Assembly (NCBI GenBank): GCA_964016885.1
Contig: OZ024740.1
Coordinates: 436,480,001-436,544,000, forward strand
Reading direction: 5' to 3'
Source of the DNA: Eledone cirrhosa
Lineage: Eukaryota
DNA: 64,000 nt
The translations under genes were made by a program, and so were the position numbers. The notes beneath the pieces were generated by a model. It made no database searches, was not told the origin of the DNA, and saw only the letters and a list, made by a program, of their open reading frames with translations. Below are positions 1 through 12,479 of the stretch, in pieces. Positions within the stretch are counted from its first letter, which is position 1. Each line of letters begins with the position of its first letter.

Positions 1-198
1 GTTAAATAAACTAAAATTAATCTATATATTAATTTCCAAAGTATATATTAATTATGTTAATAATATTTAAAAGTTTTTCACAGTTTATGATTACACGATA
101 TTTTTTAATTTCATCTGTAGTAGAATTTTAATTAAATTAAAATGATAGGTTAACTACATTTAAATTAATTTATATATTAATTTCTAAAATATATATTA

Positions 199-2290
199 TT
201 AATTAGGTTTATAATATTTAAATGTTTTTCTCAGTTTATGATTACACGATATAATTAATTCCTGTCGCTTATTTAATAGGATATCCTTAGATTTCATTAT
301 TTCAAATAGTTCTTGGGAACACAATCTACATTCATTTCTATTATTTTGATAAGGGGTGGCTCTTTTGAGCACACTCCAGGTCATATCATATTCTATATTC
401 TTATTTCTATAACTATTAATTTTTTCTGCTAGAGATGTTGTATTAGCCAGTGCGGCATTTTTAAAACTATGTTTGTGGGTATTAAACCTTACCTTAAAAT
501 TGTTAGAAGTAGCTCCTATATATGAGCAAATAGAATCTTTAGTTTTAAATTTACATTTATAAACTATGTTGTTAACAAGACAATTTCCTTTTAATGGGCA
601 GTTTGCTTTGTTTCTACAGTTACAACCTTTCGTTAATTCTGTATTTGAGGAGATATTATGGTTAGTTTGATGTATTGGTGGTATACTTATGGTTTTTTTT
701 ACATTTATATGCATTATAGGCACTTATATTTTGTTTTATGTTTTTGGTTGTTGAGTATGAGAATTTAACTGTTGATCTATTTAAGATTTGATGGTATTTG
801 TGGTTTGGCGGGAAGTTTTTCTCTAGGATATAAAAATTTTTTTTAGCTATATTATCCTTAATTTGTAAATTAAATGGAGCATTATACCAAGTAACTCGTC
901 TATTACGGTTTCTATGTTGTTTATTGTTTTTATAGGATGCATCGTGATGTTTACTAGGAGGATTAATGTTAATGACCTCACCACGCACATTTTTAGTTAG
1001 ATTTATTGATTTTAGGTGTTTTAGCTTGTTTATTAGGAGTTTTATTATTAACATTTATTAGAGTTGTATGATGAGTAGTTTTTTGAGAGTTACTATACTT
1101 TATATTAGAGGAGTTAGAGAAATTTGGTTTTATGTTGGTATTTTGGGGTATAGTGTGAGTGGCATTTCGGTGTGTACTTTTCATTTGGTGTTTGTTGGTA
1201 ATATTAGGTTGTATGTTTATAGTGTTATTAGTAGAAGGTATATATTCCAATCTATTTTTGTGGCCACTTCTATCTAGAGCTTCGTTATAGAAGGTCGCAT
1301 TTTTATCAAATACATCTTGGTTAGACGAAAGGTTAGAAATTCTAAGTGATATATTATATGCAAGGTTTTTAAGGATAGATTTAGGGTGATTAGATTGTGA
1401 GAGTATGTAGTGTAAGTTTTGGTTGGGTTTATGGTAAGGTTGGTAGATACCCGTAGCTAAGTCTAAAGTTATATCTAGGAAATTAACTACTTTACTTGTG
1501 TTTTCAAAAGTAATATGAAAACTATAATAGTCTTTAAGGAAAGTTCTAATAAGCTTTTTGTTTTTTTCTATTTCTGAGAGGCTAAGGTTGTTGGAAAGAA
1601 GAAGACAGTCATCACGATATAAACCACCTTTAAGGTGGGGAAAGGAAGCATTTATGTTAAAAAGAAGGAAGAGGCCCACAAGATCAGTAATTTGAGCAGA
1701 ATCGCTTGAACCCATAGTAATATCAAATAGATTACTATATGTGTTTCTGGTCCAGTATTCATTCTGAAATTCAATAAGTGTTAGTCTAGCATGTGTAATA
1801 ATATTAATGTCATCCAAAGTTAAGTTAGATCTATTTTTAGCAAATATCAAAGCTTTGTTCAGGAGTATAGGTGATATAGAAGAATAGTAATTATCTATAT
1901 CAAATTGTAGAAATGAAGCAGAAGATTTACATCTAATATTTTTAAACCAGTTAATTACCTGGGAAGTGTTTTCCCAGAGTGGTAAATTAACATGTTTTCT
2001 TATTTGTGGGATGACTCTATCCAAAATTTTTTTGCTAATTATTCCAATATCAGATTTGGAGGGACATATAAGTCTTATAGAAGGATTTGAGTTAAAGTTT
2101 GATTTATGATCTTTCAGGTTGAAGTGTGGTCTTTTCAATGCCAAAGGTTCAGTTCTATCTTCAATATTTAGTTTATTCACTATGTTGTGTGTTTTGTTGT
2201 TGATGTTGGTGAGTGACGCATTATTAGTTTTTCTATAATTTTTCCTGAGTTCTTTATATATGAACTCATTATAATTTTCAATATCCATGT
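199..2290 (-). mobile_element. Penelope-like element (Naiad-type), RT + GIY-YIG endonuclease, 5'-truncated and frameshifted
   Basis: Three overlapping ORFs (993-2399, 662-1054, 199-723). RT motifs LKDHK..F, IRLICPSKSDIG, QFDIDNYY, MGSSDSAQITDLVG, GLYRDD. Linker VTWYNAPF. CNCR...CPL.G.C knuckle, then IVY...YIG..SNNFKVRFNTH and CRLC...E of GIY-YIG. Confidence 0.9.
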
Positions 2291-2506
2291 GATATTTTTT
2301 ATTTTTATATTTACATACACTTTTTCGACATGCGTATGCATGTGAACATACATTTTTATGCATATCTGTGAACGAAGTTACTTGCATATATACACACACC
2401 TAACTGTATTTTCTTGATGAATTTTTATGTATTTCATTGGTCTATTTAAAATCTGTTCCCAAACAGACCTGTAATTTTGAATTGTTGTTATTATCAATAA
2501 ATATAC

Positions 2507-2649
2507 TTCATTATTTCTGAAGACAGCATATATATGTGATGGTATGTATATTCTCCTTGATAGTTTGTATAATTTTGTACATAGATCTTTTGAATATGCA
2601 TGCCAATTCTAACACATATATGTCCTAGAAACGATCGTTAAATAATGAA
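2507..2649 (+). ncRNA. Type I hammerhead ribozyme with extended stem II (pLTR-type)
   Basis: Stem I ttcattattt(2507-16)/aaataatgaa(2640-49). Core CTGAAGA 2517-23 and GAAA 2628-31. Palindromic stem III ACGATCGT, cleavage triplet GTT. Stem II contains ggtatgtatattc/gaatatgcatgcc. Confidence 0.8.
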
Positions 2650-2866
2650 CTTTTTTTGTTTAATATAAGGAACTGTTTCTTTGTTTTATTCATTATTTTT
2701 TTAATATTTTATCTTGACTCTGTATTCCGTTTATCTTTCACCGAAAGTGATTTTTGAATGCATCTCTTCTTTCCATGATATCCGGATTACATTGAGTTCT
2801 TCATACGGATTGGACACTACCGTAAACTTTTGGTAGATTTATCTACATATATATATATATATATAT

Positions 2867-3887
2867 ATATTGTTATATTTGGGGAGGGTCATATTTGCGT
2901 ACTATTGCCAGAATTAATAACAGAACACACTCACTGTTTGGTTGGTTTTCGCTTCTCGCTGTCTTTTATATATATATATCTGCGATCTAACTTACTCGGT
3001 CCTCAATGTTGCCATTGACTGACCGGCGGTCAAAAATAATACAGATACAATATAGACACAAACACATATATATAGTTTACATAATTTACATAAATCTTTC
3101 GTTGCACATCTGCAACATCGTCAGTGGTGTTATATTCATTGTTCCTCCTGTTGTGTTGTATGTCTACGCCATTTTTTTTTTTTGTTCAGTCTGTCTATAT
3201 ATTTATTTATTTATTTGCTTGTTTGTTTATCTTATTTTATTTTGTCTTCTTTGCGCATGCGTTTGCGTGTGTGTATAGTGTTATGTGTGATGTGTGACTA
3301 GTGTGTATAGTGTTGTGTCTGCTGGGTGACTAGTGTGTGTTTATGTGCTTGTGTATGTATTTATTTATCTTATTTTATTTAATTTTATTTACTTATTTAT
3401 ACTTCTCTTAGGTCAGTGTTGTTTGTTTGGGTGTTGTTGTTGCTCCACTCATTCTTTCTGTTTAGCTTTGGTCTTCTAATTTCTATTTCACTGGCCTCTC
3501 TGATTTGCCTATCTGCTGGGTCATTCCTATGTTTAGATATTATTCTAATTTCTATGTTGTCTATGTTACCGTCATGTTGTTGTCTAGCATGTTCGTATAG
3601 TACTGACCCGTTTTTTCGTCCTTTTAGTTCCCCCCAGTGTTGGTCTATCCTTTCACCTATGCTACGAGCTGTCTCACCTATGTATGTTGTTGTCATGTTT
3701 CTGCAAGTACCCTCTGTACATCTTATGCTATAGACTACGTTTCTAGTTTTACAGTTTATCCGGGGGTTCACCTTACATATGATACATTTCCTATTGGTAC
3801 AGTGGGTTTTCTTAAAAGGGTAGGTTTTGCTGATCAGGGATTTTATGGTGGTTCCTGGCTTTTCTACCACCTTTATTTTTAAGTGGG
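2867..3887 (-). repeat. Left arm of 1,021-bp inverted repeat (partner 6947-7967)
   Basis: Reverse complement of 6947-7967. It re-encodes the GIY-YIG domain (ORF 3397-3903). Only one difference was noticed (NEWSNN vs NEWNNN). Confidence 0.95.
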
Positions 3888-6800
3888 CATTAGCTTGTGC
3901 CAAGCTGAAAGGTTATTGAAAGACACTGTTTTCTGTTATATAAAAACTACAATAACAACAGAACAAATCCGCTTCTTAAAACACTGTGTTTTCTCCAAAA
4001 CATACACAACAAACATATCAAAACAAGTAAATAATTTATTATTGAACAAAACACAAGCTGAACGGCTAAAACACACAATAACAGTTAATATGAAAAGAAC
4101 AACATACACAAAAGTCAACGCACTCTACAGACAAAAACGCATCAACGGTAAGGAAATCCGAAATCTCATCACAGCAAACGAGAGAGATGACTTCATGAGC
4201 GTCATCCGACGCGAAACGAAATATGCTCAAAACGAATGCTGTAGGCATTTCAAGAAGAAATTAGAATGGATGAATAAGAAAAAACTACAAGAAAGGAAAA
4301 TCGAATATTCTCAAAAATACCCAGATAACATCGACAACATCCGTATGAGTGATGTAAAACTACCGGAAGAATTTACCAATGACCACACAGTAAATATCTA
4401 TGGGAACACTTTAATCAGTGAACAAGAACAACAAATCCTAAAGTTACCACCAAAATTTGCCATCTACAAAAAGATTAACCCTATGGAATGCAAAACGGAA
4501 CTGGAAAAGTATTTCACAAAAATACGTTGGAATGCAAAGGTAAACAACAACAACAATAATAACGGTAGTAGTAATATAAACAATAACTCTGGGTATAGAA
4601 ATAACAGCCATAACCATAACAATGGCAGGAAAGTGAGAAATAGTGATAATGGCAATAATACTAGCGATAGACAGAACAACAACAACCACAATAATAATAA
4701 TAATAGAAACGTTAACCACAGACACAGCAACAGTGACCACAGTAGTAATAACGGTAACAATACGAACAACAACAACAACAATAACCACAGTGGTAATAAT
4801 GGAAATAGTACATGTAGCAACATCAACAAAAACAAGAAACATAATAATAGTAACAACCACAATGGTAGAAATAGCAGTAACAACAACAACAATAACGGTG
4901 AAGTAAACAACAATACATCTAGCCATCATAACAATAATAATATTAATGCTAATGATAGAAACAACAACAACCACCATGATAACAATAATAGCAACACACA
5001 CAACTATGACGATAGAAATAACGACAACCCCTTAGAGAAACTATTTTTCAACCCAGCTGACAAAACATATAAGATGGGTAATATCTATCCTACGAGGTTA
5101 CCCTTTAATAAAAGAGTTTGCATACCACAGCAAATAGATGACGAGACGGAGGCACAGTTCACCATAGCTAGAAATAAGATTAGACAAGTAGTAGACAGGT
5201 ACACTATGAGACAGAGCAGACCAGAGGCCCAACAACTTGGGATAAAACCTGTAGAAGGCTTGGTTAGCCTCAAGCAGCGCACAAGGGATGGTGAGGTAGT
5301 GTGTCTACCCACAGATAAGTCTGGTAGGATGTCAATAGATAGCATGCCGAACTACATCGAGGCAATGCAACCCCACATCACCAACACGAGCGAAGTTGCA
5401 CAACTAACACACGATGGGAGAGAAAAAATCCTCAACGCTCACATGATGATGTGGACTGACATCCTAAAGCCAAGCAGACGCACTGCCAACAACTTCCAGG
5501 CGTCTAACAATGGCATACCACCCTTGTATGGGCTCCGCAAAGACCACAAGACCGTCGACGACCCGACAACAGGACCACCAACAAGACCCGTATGCGGAGC
5601 TAATATAGCTAGCAACTACAGGATCTCCTACTTCCTCTCAATGGTTATACGCCCCATAATCAAGATGTCCCCAGATGTATGTGAAAGTACAGAGGACCTC
5701 CTCAGCAGAATCAGTGAGTGCAACAAAAACTAGAGCCTATCCAACTGCATAATAGGCAGCATGGATGTGGTGTCACTGTACCCATCCATTAACATTGATT
5801 TTGCTGTGAAAAGATGTGTGGAGATGATCATTGAGAGTGAGGTGGAGTTCTGCGACGTCGACACAGACGAACTGGGCCTCCTACTTAGACTTACCTACGA
5901 CACTGACTACCTAGACAGCCATGACCTTAGATGTTTCTGCCCTAGTAGACCTATAAGAGGTAGACCCCCCACCATAACCTCAATGGCTAAAAAGACTCCC
6001 ATAGGAAGGTGGATTGGGTGGACCAAAGCTATACGGACCCCCCAAAACACTGATCAGGTAAGAAAAATGGTCGCACATGCAATAGGGGCTAGTATCAAAA
6101 CTACCCTAAAGGGCCACATATTTAAGTTCAATGAGAAAATCTACACCCAAAATGAGGGAGCAGCCATCGGCGTCAGCATAGCTGGTGATGTTGCCAACCT
6201 TTTCATGGTATGGTGGGAAAGGAGACTTAAAGATCTCCTCCTTAATGAAAGCTCCATAGACCTCATCATGTACTCTCGTTATGTAGACGATATCAATATA
6301 GTTATAAGAACACCCCCACTAGAGAGCACTAACAAGTTTGATTTAGAACGTAGCACGATGGAAAGCATCCAGCAGATAGCTAATTCCATACACCAGAGTA
6401 TAACTGTAACTATAGACTTCCCTTCCAAACACCCTAACAATAGACTACCTGTATTAGACACAGAACTCTGGATTAACACTATAGACGAGAGAGCCCAAAT
6501 TCTCCACTCACACTATGCTAAACCCATGGCCTCCAAATACCTGATACTCAAAAACTCAGCAATGTCCAGTAGTGCTAAGTTTAATATTCTGATCGCAGAT
6601 TTGGTACGAGTGATGAAGAATGTGTCCAGCATGTGCGACCCAACAGAAATGGAAGGACACATCCAACACTTCATCAACCGCATGCAGTTCTCTGGCTACA
6701 ACCAAAGAGACAGAGTCAGAGTATACGAAGGAGCCATGGAAAAGTATAAGACCCTCATAGAACTGGACATGAAAGGAATTTGCCCACTATACAGGAGCAA

Positions 6801-7437
6801 ATCATGGAATAGCTTAGATAGGGCTAGACATAAGATAGGGAAGGCCACATCATGGTACGACAACCAGAGATATCAGAGTGTCATGTTTGTGGACGCCACC
6901 CCTGGAGGGAAATTAGCTAACCAGTGTAGAAAGGCCCTGAGAAAGACCCACTTAAAAATAAAGGTGGTAGAAAAGCCAGGAACCACCATAAAATCCCTGA
7001 TCAGCAAAACCTACCCTTTTAAGAAAACCCACTGTACCAATAGGAAATGTATCATATGTAAGGTGAACCCCCGGATAAACTGTAAAACTAGAAACGTAGT
7101 CTATAGCATAAGATGTACAGAGGGTACTTGCAGAAACATGACAACAACATACATAGGTGAGACAGCTCGTAGCATAGGTGAAAGGATAGACCAACACTGG
7201 GGGGAACTAAAAGGACGAAAAAACGGGTCAGTACTATACGAACATGCTAGACAACAACATGACGGTAACATAGACAACATAGAAATTAGAATAATATCTA
7301 AACATAGGAATGACCCAGCAGATAGGCAAATCAGAGAGGCCAGTGAAATAGAAATTAGAAGACCAAAGCTAAACAGAAAGAATGAGTGGAACAACAACAA
7401 CACCCAAACAAACAACACTGACCTAAGAGAAGTATAA
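3883..7437 (+). pseudogene. PLE RT-GIY-YIG polyprotein interrupted by one in-frame TAG (5731-5733); Asn-rich insert
   Basis: ORFs 3883-5733 and 5761-7437 share a frame (..CNKN*SLSNCIIGSMDVVSLYP). Motifs PTDKSG, LYGLRKDHK, TRPV, SMDVVSLYP, GAAIG, RYVDD, CxxxxCxxC knuckle, NVVY..C, YIGET.R. The start codon GTG is created by the IR junction, so the ORF is 5'-truncated. Confidence 0.88.
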
Positions 7438-8751
7438 ATAAGTAAATAAAATTAAATAAAATAAGATAAATAAATACATACACAAGCACATAAACACACA
7501 CTAGTCACCCAGCAGACACAACACTATACACACTAGTCACACATCACACATAACACTATACACACACGCAAACGCATGCGCAAAGAAGACAAAATAAAAT
7601 AAGATAAACAAACAAGCAAATAAATAAATAAATATATAGACAGACTGAACAAAAAAAAAAAATGGCGTAGACATACAACACAACAGGAGGAACAATGAAT
7701 ATAACACCACTGACGATGTTGCAGATGTGCAACGAAAGATTTATGTAAATTATGTAAACTATATATATGTGTTTGTGTCTATATTGTATCTGTATTATTT
7801 TTGACCGCCGGTCAGTCAATGGCAACATTGAGGACCGAGTAAGTTAGATCGCAGATATATATATATAAAAGACAGCGAGAAGCGAAAACCAACCAAACAG
7901 TGAGTGTGTTCTGTTATTAATTCTGGCAATAGTACGCAAATATGACCCTCCCCAAATATAACAATATCTGTTTCGACACACGATTTCATATAAAAAACCC
8001 CGCAAAACTATATATATATATATATATATCAAAATTAGCACTCAATATTCTTGCAGAGCAGAGTGTGAATAGTATAAAAAAACGAAAAATCAGTGATGCA
8101 ACTGGACTCAGTTTATTGCGTGTTACAATTGTTTTGCCGGCAGGTAGCTCGGGACATGATTACTGTATGGATCTGGCTGATTCTACAGCTGCAGGTTCCT
8201 TCGGACACAGGCAATTCTTTCGGAGCAAATTTTCTCACTGGGGTGTTACCAAACTCCTTAAAAAAACATCTTCCACTCTTGTCATTCCATTGGCTGTTGT
8301 TTTCTACGTCATCATAAATTCTGGTCACTATTTACTGCTACACTGGTCATCAGCCATTTTCCTTCCGACACACTTCAATGGAGCCATGCAGGGTTTGGTG
8401 TCTCACACGTCTGTTCACACTCCTGAGTATGTACCCACATATACATACACACACACAAATATACACACACACACAAACACACATGCACAGGCACACCCAC
8501 ATGCATGCATACACATATGTACACACACATGTGTAGACACACATACCCCCATACACATATATACACACACACATTCTCCCTCTCTTACACATACCGAAAG
8601 CACACTCATACCCATATACAGACCACCACCTATCTGTGTGTCTGTGTATGTGTGTATATGTGTATGTATGTGTATGTATATATATGTGTATATATATATA
8701 TATATATAGACGTAAATAAGAAAGTTATGAAAATTGACTTACTAAAATTTC

Positions 8752-8830
8752 ACTCCAACTAATTAGTTTCTGTAAGGGGATAAATATAGTTACGTAATAA
8801 CTATAGAGAAGCCTTACGTCATCAGGGAGT
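8752..8830 (-). ncRNA. Type I hammerhead ribozyme (repeat unit 1)
   Basis: Minus strand: actcc-CTGATGA-cgtaagg...ccttaca-GAAA-ctaattag-TT-ggagt. Palindromic stem III; inner stem tatagtta/taactata. Confidence 0.82.
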
Positions 8831-9273
8831 CTATTCTCAGCTAAGTTTCCAGGCAATGCGGGGACACTGGGAACTTATATAAAAATAATTCAGTGGATGG
8901 AAAAAAGCGAGCGGGGCTAGATTCCAAGACATTGAAAAATTCACTGCCTACTTGGTCAAGTGGCAAATTCAAAAGAATCAATCACGTGATACTGAGGTTA
9001 ATCAGCTAGGAGTGGGGTGCTATTAAGACAGAGCCTAGCCACTACTATCAGTCACAGTAGTAATTTCGGCAAATTTTGCTCAACAAATAATTTGGAGATA
9101 ATTATAAAGAATTAATATATCTACCGACATATGTATACAGATGCATACCTATGCTAGCAAATATATATGTTTTGTCTTAGTAACTTTGTGGTTCTATGCA
9201 GGGGGATGCAGAACAATTATATGAAAGACGTAAATAAGAAAGTTATGAAAATTGACTTACTTACTAAAATTTC

Positions 9274-9352
9274 ACTCCAACTAATTAGTTTCTGTAAGGG
9301 GATAAATATTGTTACGTAATAACTATAGAGAAGCCTTACGTCATCAGGGAGT
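9274..9352 (-). ncRNA. Type I hammerhead ribozyme (repeat unit 2)
   Basis: Same motif as 8752-8830, 522 bp away. Confidence 0.82.
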
Positions 9353-10630
9353 CTATTCTCAGCTAAGTTTCCAGGCAATGCGGGGACACTGGGAACTTAT
9401 ATAAAAATAATTCAGTCGATGGAAAAAAGCGAGCGGGGCTAGATTCCAAGACATTGAAAAATTCACTGCCTACTTGGTCAAGTGGCAAATTCAAAAGAAT
9501 CAATCAGGTGACACTGAGGTTAATCAGCTAGGAGTGGGGTGCTATTAAGACAGAGCCTAGCCACTACTATCAGTCACAGTAGTAATTTCGGCAAATTTTG
9601 CTCAACAAATAATTTGGAGATAATTATAAAGAATTAATATATCTACCGACATATGTATACAGATGCATACCTATGCTAGCAAATATATATGTTTTGTCTT
9701 AGTAACTTTGTGGTTCTATGCAGGGAGATGCAGAACAATTATATGAAAGACGTAAATAAGAAAGTTATGAAAATTGACTTACTTACTAAAATAATGATAT
9801 GATAGGCACCCAATATTTAGAACTGGTTTATAGAATTCTCTTGGCCTTTGTCACTCTAAGTAGAGCTTTAAAGAATTAGCTTTTGAAGAATTTCCCTTTT
9901 CTTTAAATCCTTCAACCATGACCGACTCCCAACGATCTTATAGACACCTGAAATATAGGCATTGTTAGCTTAAGGGAAACTTAACAATAAGGAGTGGCAC
10001 CCCATTCTGAACTCGTTTATAGAATTCTTTCTGCCTTTGTCACTCTAAATATAAAATATAACTTTAAAGATGAAAACGGACATTGGTTTTCTGTTGAATA
10101 AAAGGAAAATAAATATTGGATATCCCGTGACTGAGCTTGTTTTATTTTGATAACGAATAATATCAGCATATTCATGTGAAAGGGACTCTTGGTTATAGTG
10201 GTGAGCCGATTTTGTGAGAAAGTGTGAGGCATTTTACATACAAAGTATAGTCGTCTATAATATTGTCGTCTATAATACACATATTAATGTTACGGGAATT
10301 GCTACTAGCCTAAGTTCTTGTTCTTTTAAAGCTTCTATGATTTTATTTTCGAATACATAATGTCTTAGCAAAATTATAAATATCTGGACGATATCTATAA
10401 CATTGTAAGCATTGCGTATCATTACGGCTGAAATATGTTCTGTAACGTACACCCAATAAATCTTTGTATTGGTTACACCACCTGTGAAAAATAGCAGCCA
10501 TGTCTCCCTCAAATCCCAGCTTTTAATGAATTCCCTTTTCTTTCAACCAATGACCTCCACCCATTCCACTCCCCACCCTCTCCTACCACCTGAAAAGATA
10601 TAAATATCACAACATTTATTTTGGACAGCC

Positions 10631-10681
10631 AGATTCCTGATGATTTCTAAAGAATGAAACAGTTCTAGTCCTGTAGAATCT
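10631..10681 (+). ncRNA. Type I hammerhead ribozyme
   Basis: agattc-CTGATGA-tttctaaagaat-GAAA-cag ttctagtc ctg-TA-gaatct: perfect stem I, stem III ACAG/CTGT, GTA cleavage site. Followed after ~15 bp by (TA)n. Confidence 0.85.
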
Positions 10682-10786
10682 CATCTATATTAAAACTATA
10701 TATATATATATATAAAGAAAAAGGGATGAAATCGAAAATGCAACTGAAGTCTTATTTTTTTTTTAAATATATATATTTATTTGGTT

Positions 10787-10824
10787 CCTTTACCGGTTTC
10801 GCAGTTCTTCTGCTTTTCAAAAGG
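10787..10824 (-). ncRNA. Minimal hammerhead ribozyme, U3-A8 core variant (left arm)
   Basis: Reverse complement of 12170-12207. Confidence 0.75.
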
Positions 10825-12169
10825 TGAGTTGAGATGGAGGGTCTGTGGTTTTTCTCACATCTGGTTGGTCTCAGAATGTTACTTGTTTTATATGGAAAAA
10901 GTGGCTCGAAATGCCAGGTTTTTCGAGAAGTAATTTGATTGGTTTGTCAATAATTATAATAAATTTCGCGCCAGTTCGCGTTACAATAGTTCTTCAAATA
11001 AGAGAGGGGGGGGGGGTTGTCACAGGTTGTTTTTTTCATATATGAGTGTTTGAATTTCTTTTTACTTGAAAAAAGGAGGCTCACGAAGGCTTTTTTTTGG
11101 TTGGTTATAAATGAAATGTTTATTCAAAAATATAGACCAACATTAAATAAGGTTTAATATACATTATGTCAACACCACAATATGACATACACACACACAC
11201 ATAACACCTTCTACTTTAGAAAATAAAAACCCGAACTAAATAAACCTTAACATACGTTTGCACTGGCAATACAACAGCAAACACGAAAAAGAAAGGAAAA
11301 TATGTTCATTCAAAAATATTCCTACTAAAGGAATCACTTTCCTACACACACACATACACACACACACAATATATATATATATTCTCTTCATCTTAACATG
11401 CTAACCATACTCCCACACACATAACACCCATACACACACATAACAACCCCCACACCTACAACTCCCTCCCCATTTCTACTAATAGAACCACTTTCCTACA
11501 CACATATATATATACACACACACAAAATATATATTCTCTCCATCTTAACATACTCGCACACACACACATAACACCCATATACACACACACACAACTCCCT
11601 CCCTCATCTCTACTAATAGAATCATCTTCCAATACACACATACACACACACACACACAAGCACACAAATAAACATACATATCTTCAGTCTCAATAGAAAA
11701 TCTGAACTCTGACACCCCGGCGAGCTGGCCATATTCACTGAACCAGAACATTTCTCCCAATCCCTTTTCTCTTGACCACTATCTCTCCATTGTCATAACA
11801 TTCACTATAAAGACTACAGAATAGTTTTCCAAATAAGGGCGCAAAAATGTAATGAAAACTTGTTCACGTGACAGCCAAATTTCATTTATAACCAACCCAA
11901 AAAAAGCCTTCGTGAGCCTCCTTTTTTCAAGTAAAAAGAAATTCAAACACTCATATATGAAAAAACAACCTGTGACAACCCCCCCCCCTCTCTTATTTGA
12001 AGAACTATTGTAACGCGAACTGGCGCGAAATTTATTATAATTATTGACAAACCAATCAAATTACTTCTCGAAAAACCTGGCATTTCGAGCCACTCTTTCC
12101 ATATAAAACAAGTAACATTCTGAGACCAACCAGATGTGAGAAAAACCACAGACCCTCCATCTCAACTCA

Positions 12170-12207
12170 CCTTTTGAAAAGCAGAAGAACTGCGAAACCG
12201 GTAAAGG
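12170..12207 (+). ncRNA. Minimal hammerhead ribozyme, U3-A8 core variant (right arm)
   Basis: cctt-TTGAAAA-gcag aagaa ctgc-GAAA-ccgg-TA-aagg. Stem I cctt/aagg, stem II gcag/ctgc, palindromic stem III ACCGGT. Confidence 0.78.
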
Positions 12208-12338
12208 AATCAAATAAATATATATATTTTTAAAAGAAATAAGACTTCAGTTGCATTTTCGATTTCATCTCTTTTTCTTTATACTTTCACTCGTGTAGGA
12301 CACCTCGGTTATTTTTCATTTTGTAAAAAAAACCTCAC

Positions 12339-12369
<31 letters not shown>

Positions 12370-12434
12370 CATACACATACATATACATATACACACATAT
12401 ACAGACACACAGACACACAGATACAGACACACTC

Positions 12435-12479
<45 letters not shown>

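Larger units (their letters stand above)
2867..8008 (+). mobile_element. Penelope-like element (Neptune-like), with inverted copy of its 3' end at the 5' side, flanked by (TA)n
   Basis: RT and GIY-YIG ORF, a 1,021-bp inverted repeat, and (TA)n tracts at 2846-2870 and ~8009-8029. Confidence 0.9.
8708..9792 (-). mobile_element. Tandem ~520-bp non-coding repeat (2.1 units), each full unit carrying a hammerhead: retrozyme-like element
   Basis: Unit start agacgtaaataagaaag at 8708, 9226 and 9748. Units are near-identical, have no ORF, and abut (TA)n at 8707. Confidence 0.85.
10711..12340 (+). mobile_element. Non-autonomous PLE-like element with ~405-bp inverted arms (10711-11117 / 11879-12283) around a CA-rich minisatellite spacer
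   Basis: The arms are near-perfect reverse complements and each contains a hammerhead. The element is flanked by (TA)n on both sides and has no meaningful ORF. Confidence 0.75.

Noticed and set aside
7700-7775. Hammerhead-like CTGACGA-t-gttgca gatg tgcaac-GAAA in the Neptune-like 3' UTR (mirrored at ~3060-3135)
   Set aside because: Core and stem II are good, but I could not form convincing stems I and III. It may be a decayed or permuted ribozyme, so it is not called.
7942-8709. 255-aa plus-strand ORF
   Set aside because: It spans the PLE end, (TA)n and (CA)n tracts, with no recognisable domain.
8708-9792. CRISPR-like or prokaryotic repeat array
   Set aside because: Long near-identical units without unique spacers, in a eukaryotic context with no cas genes.
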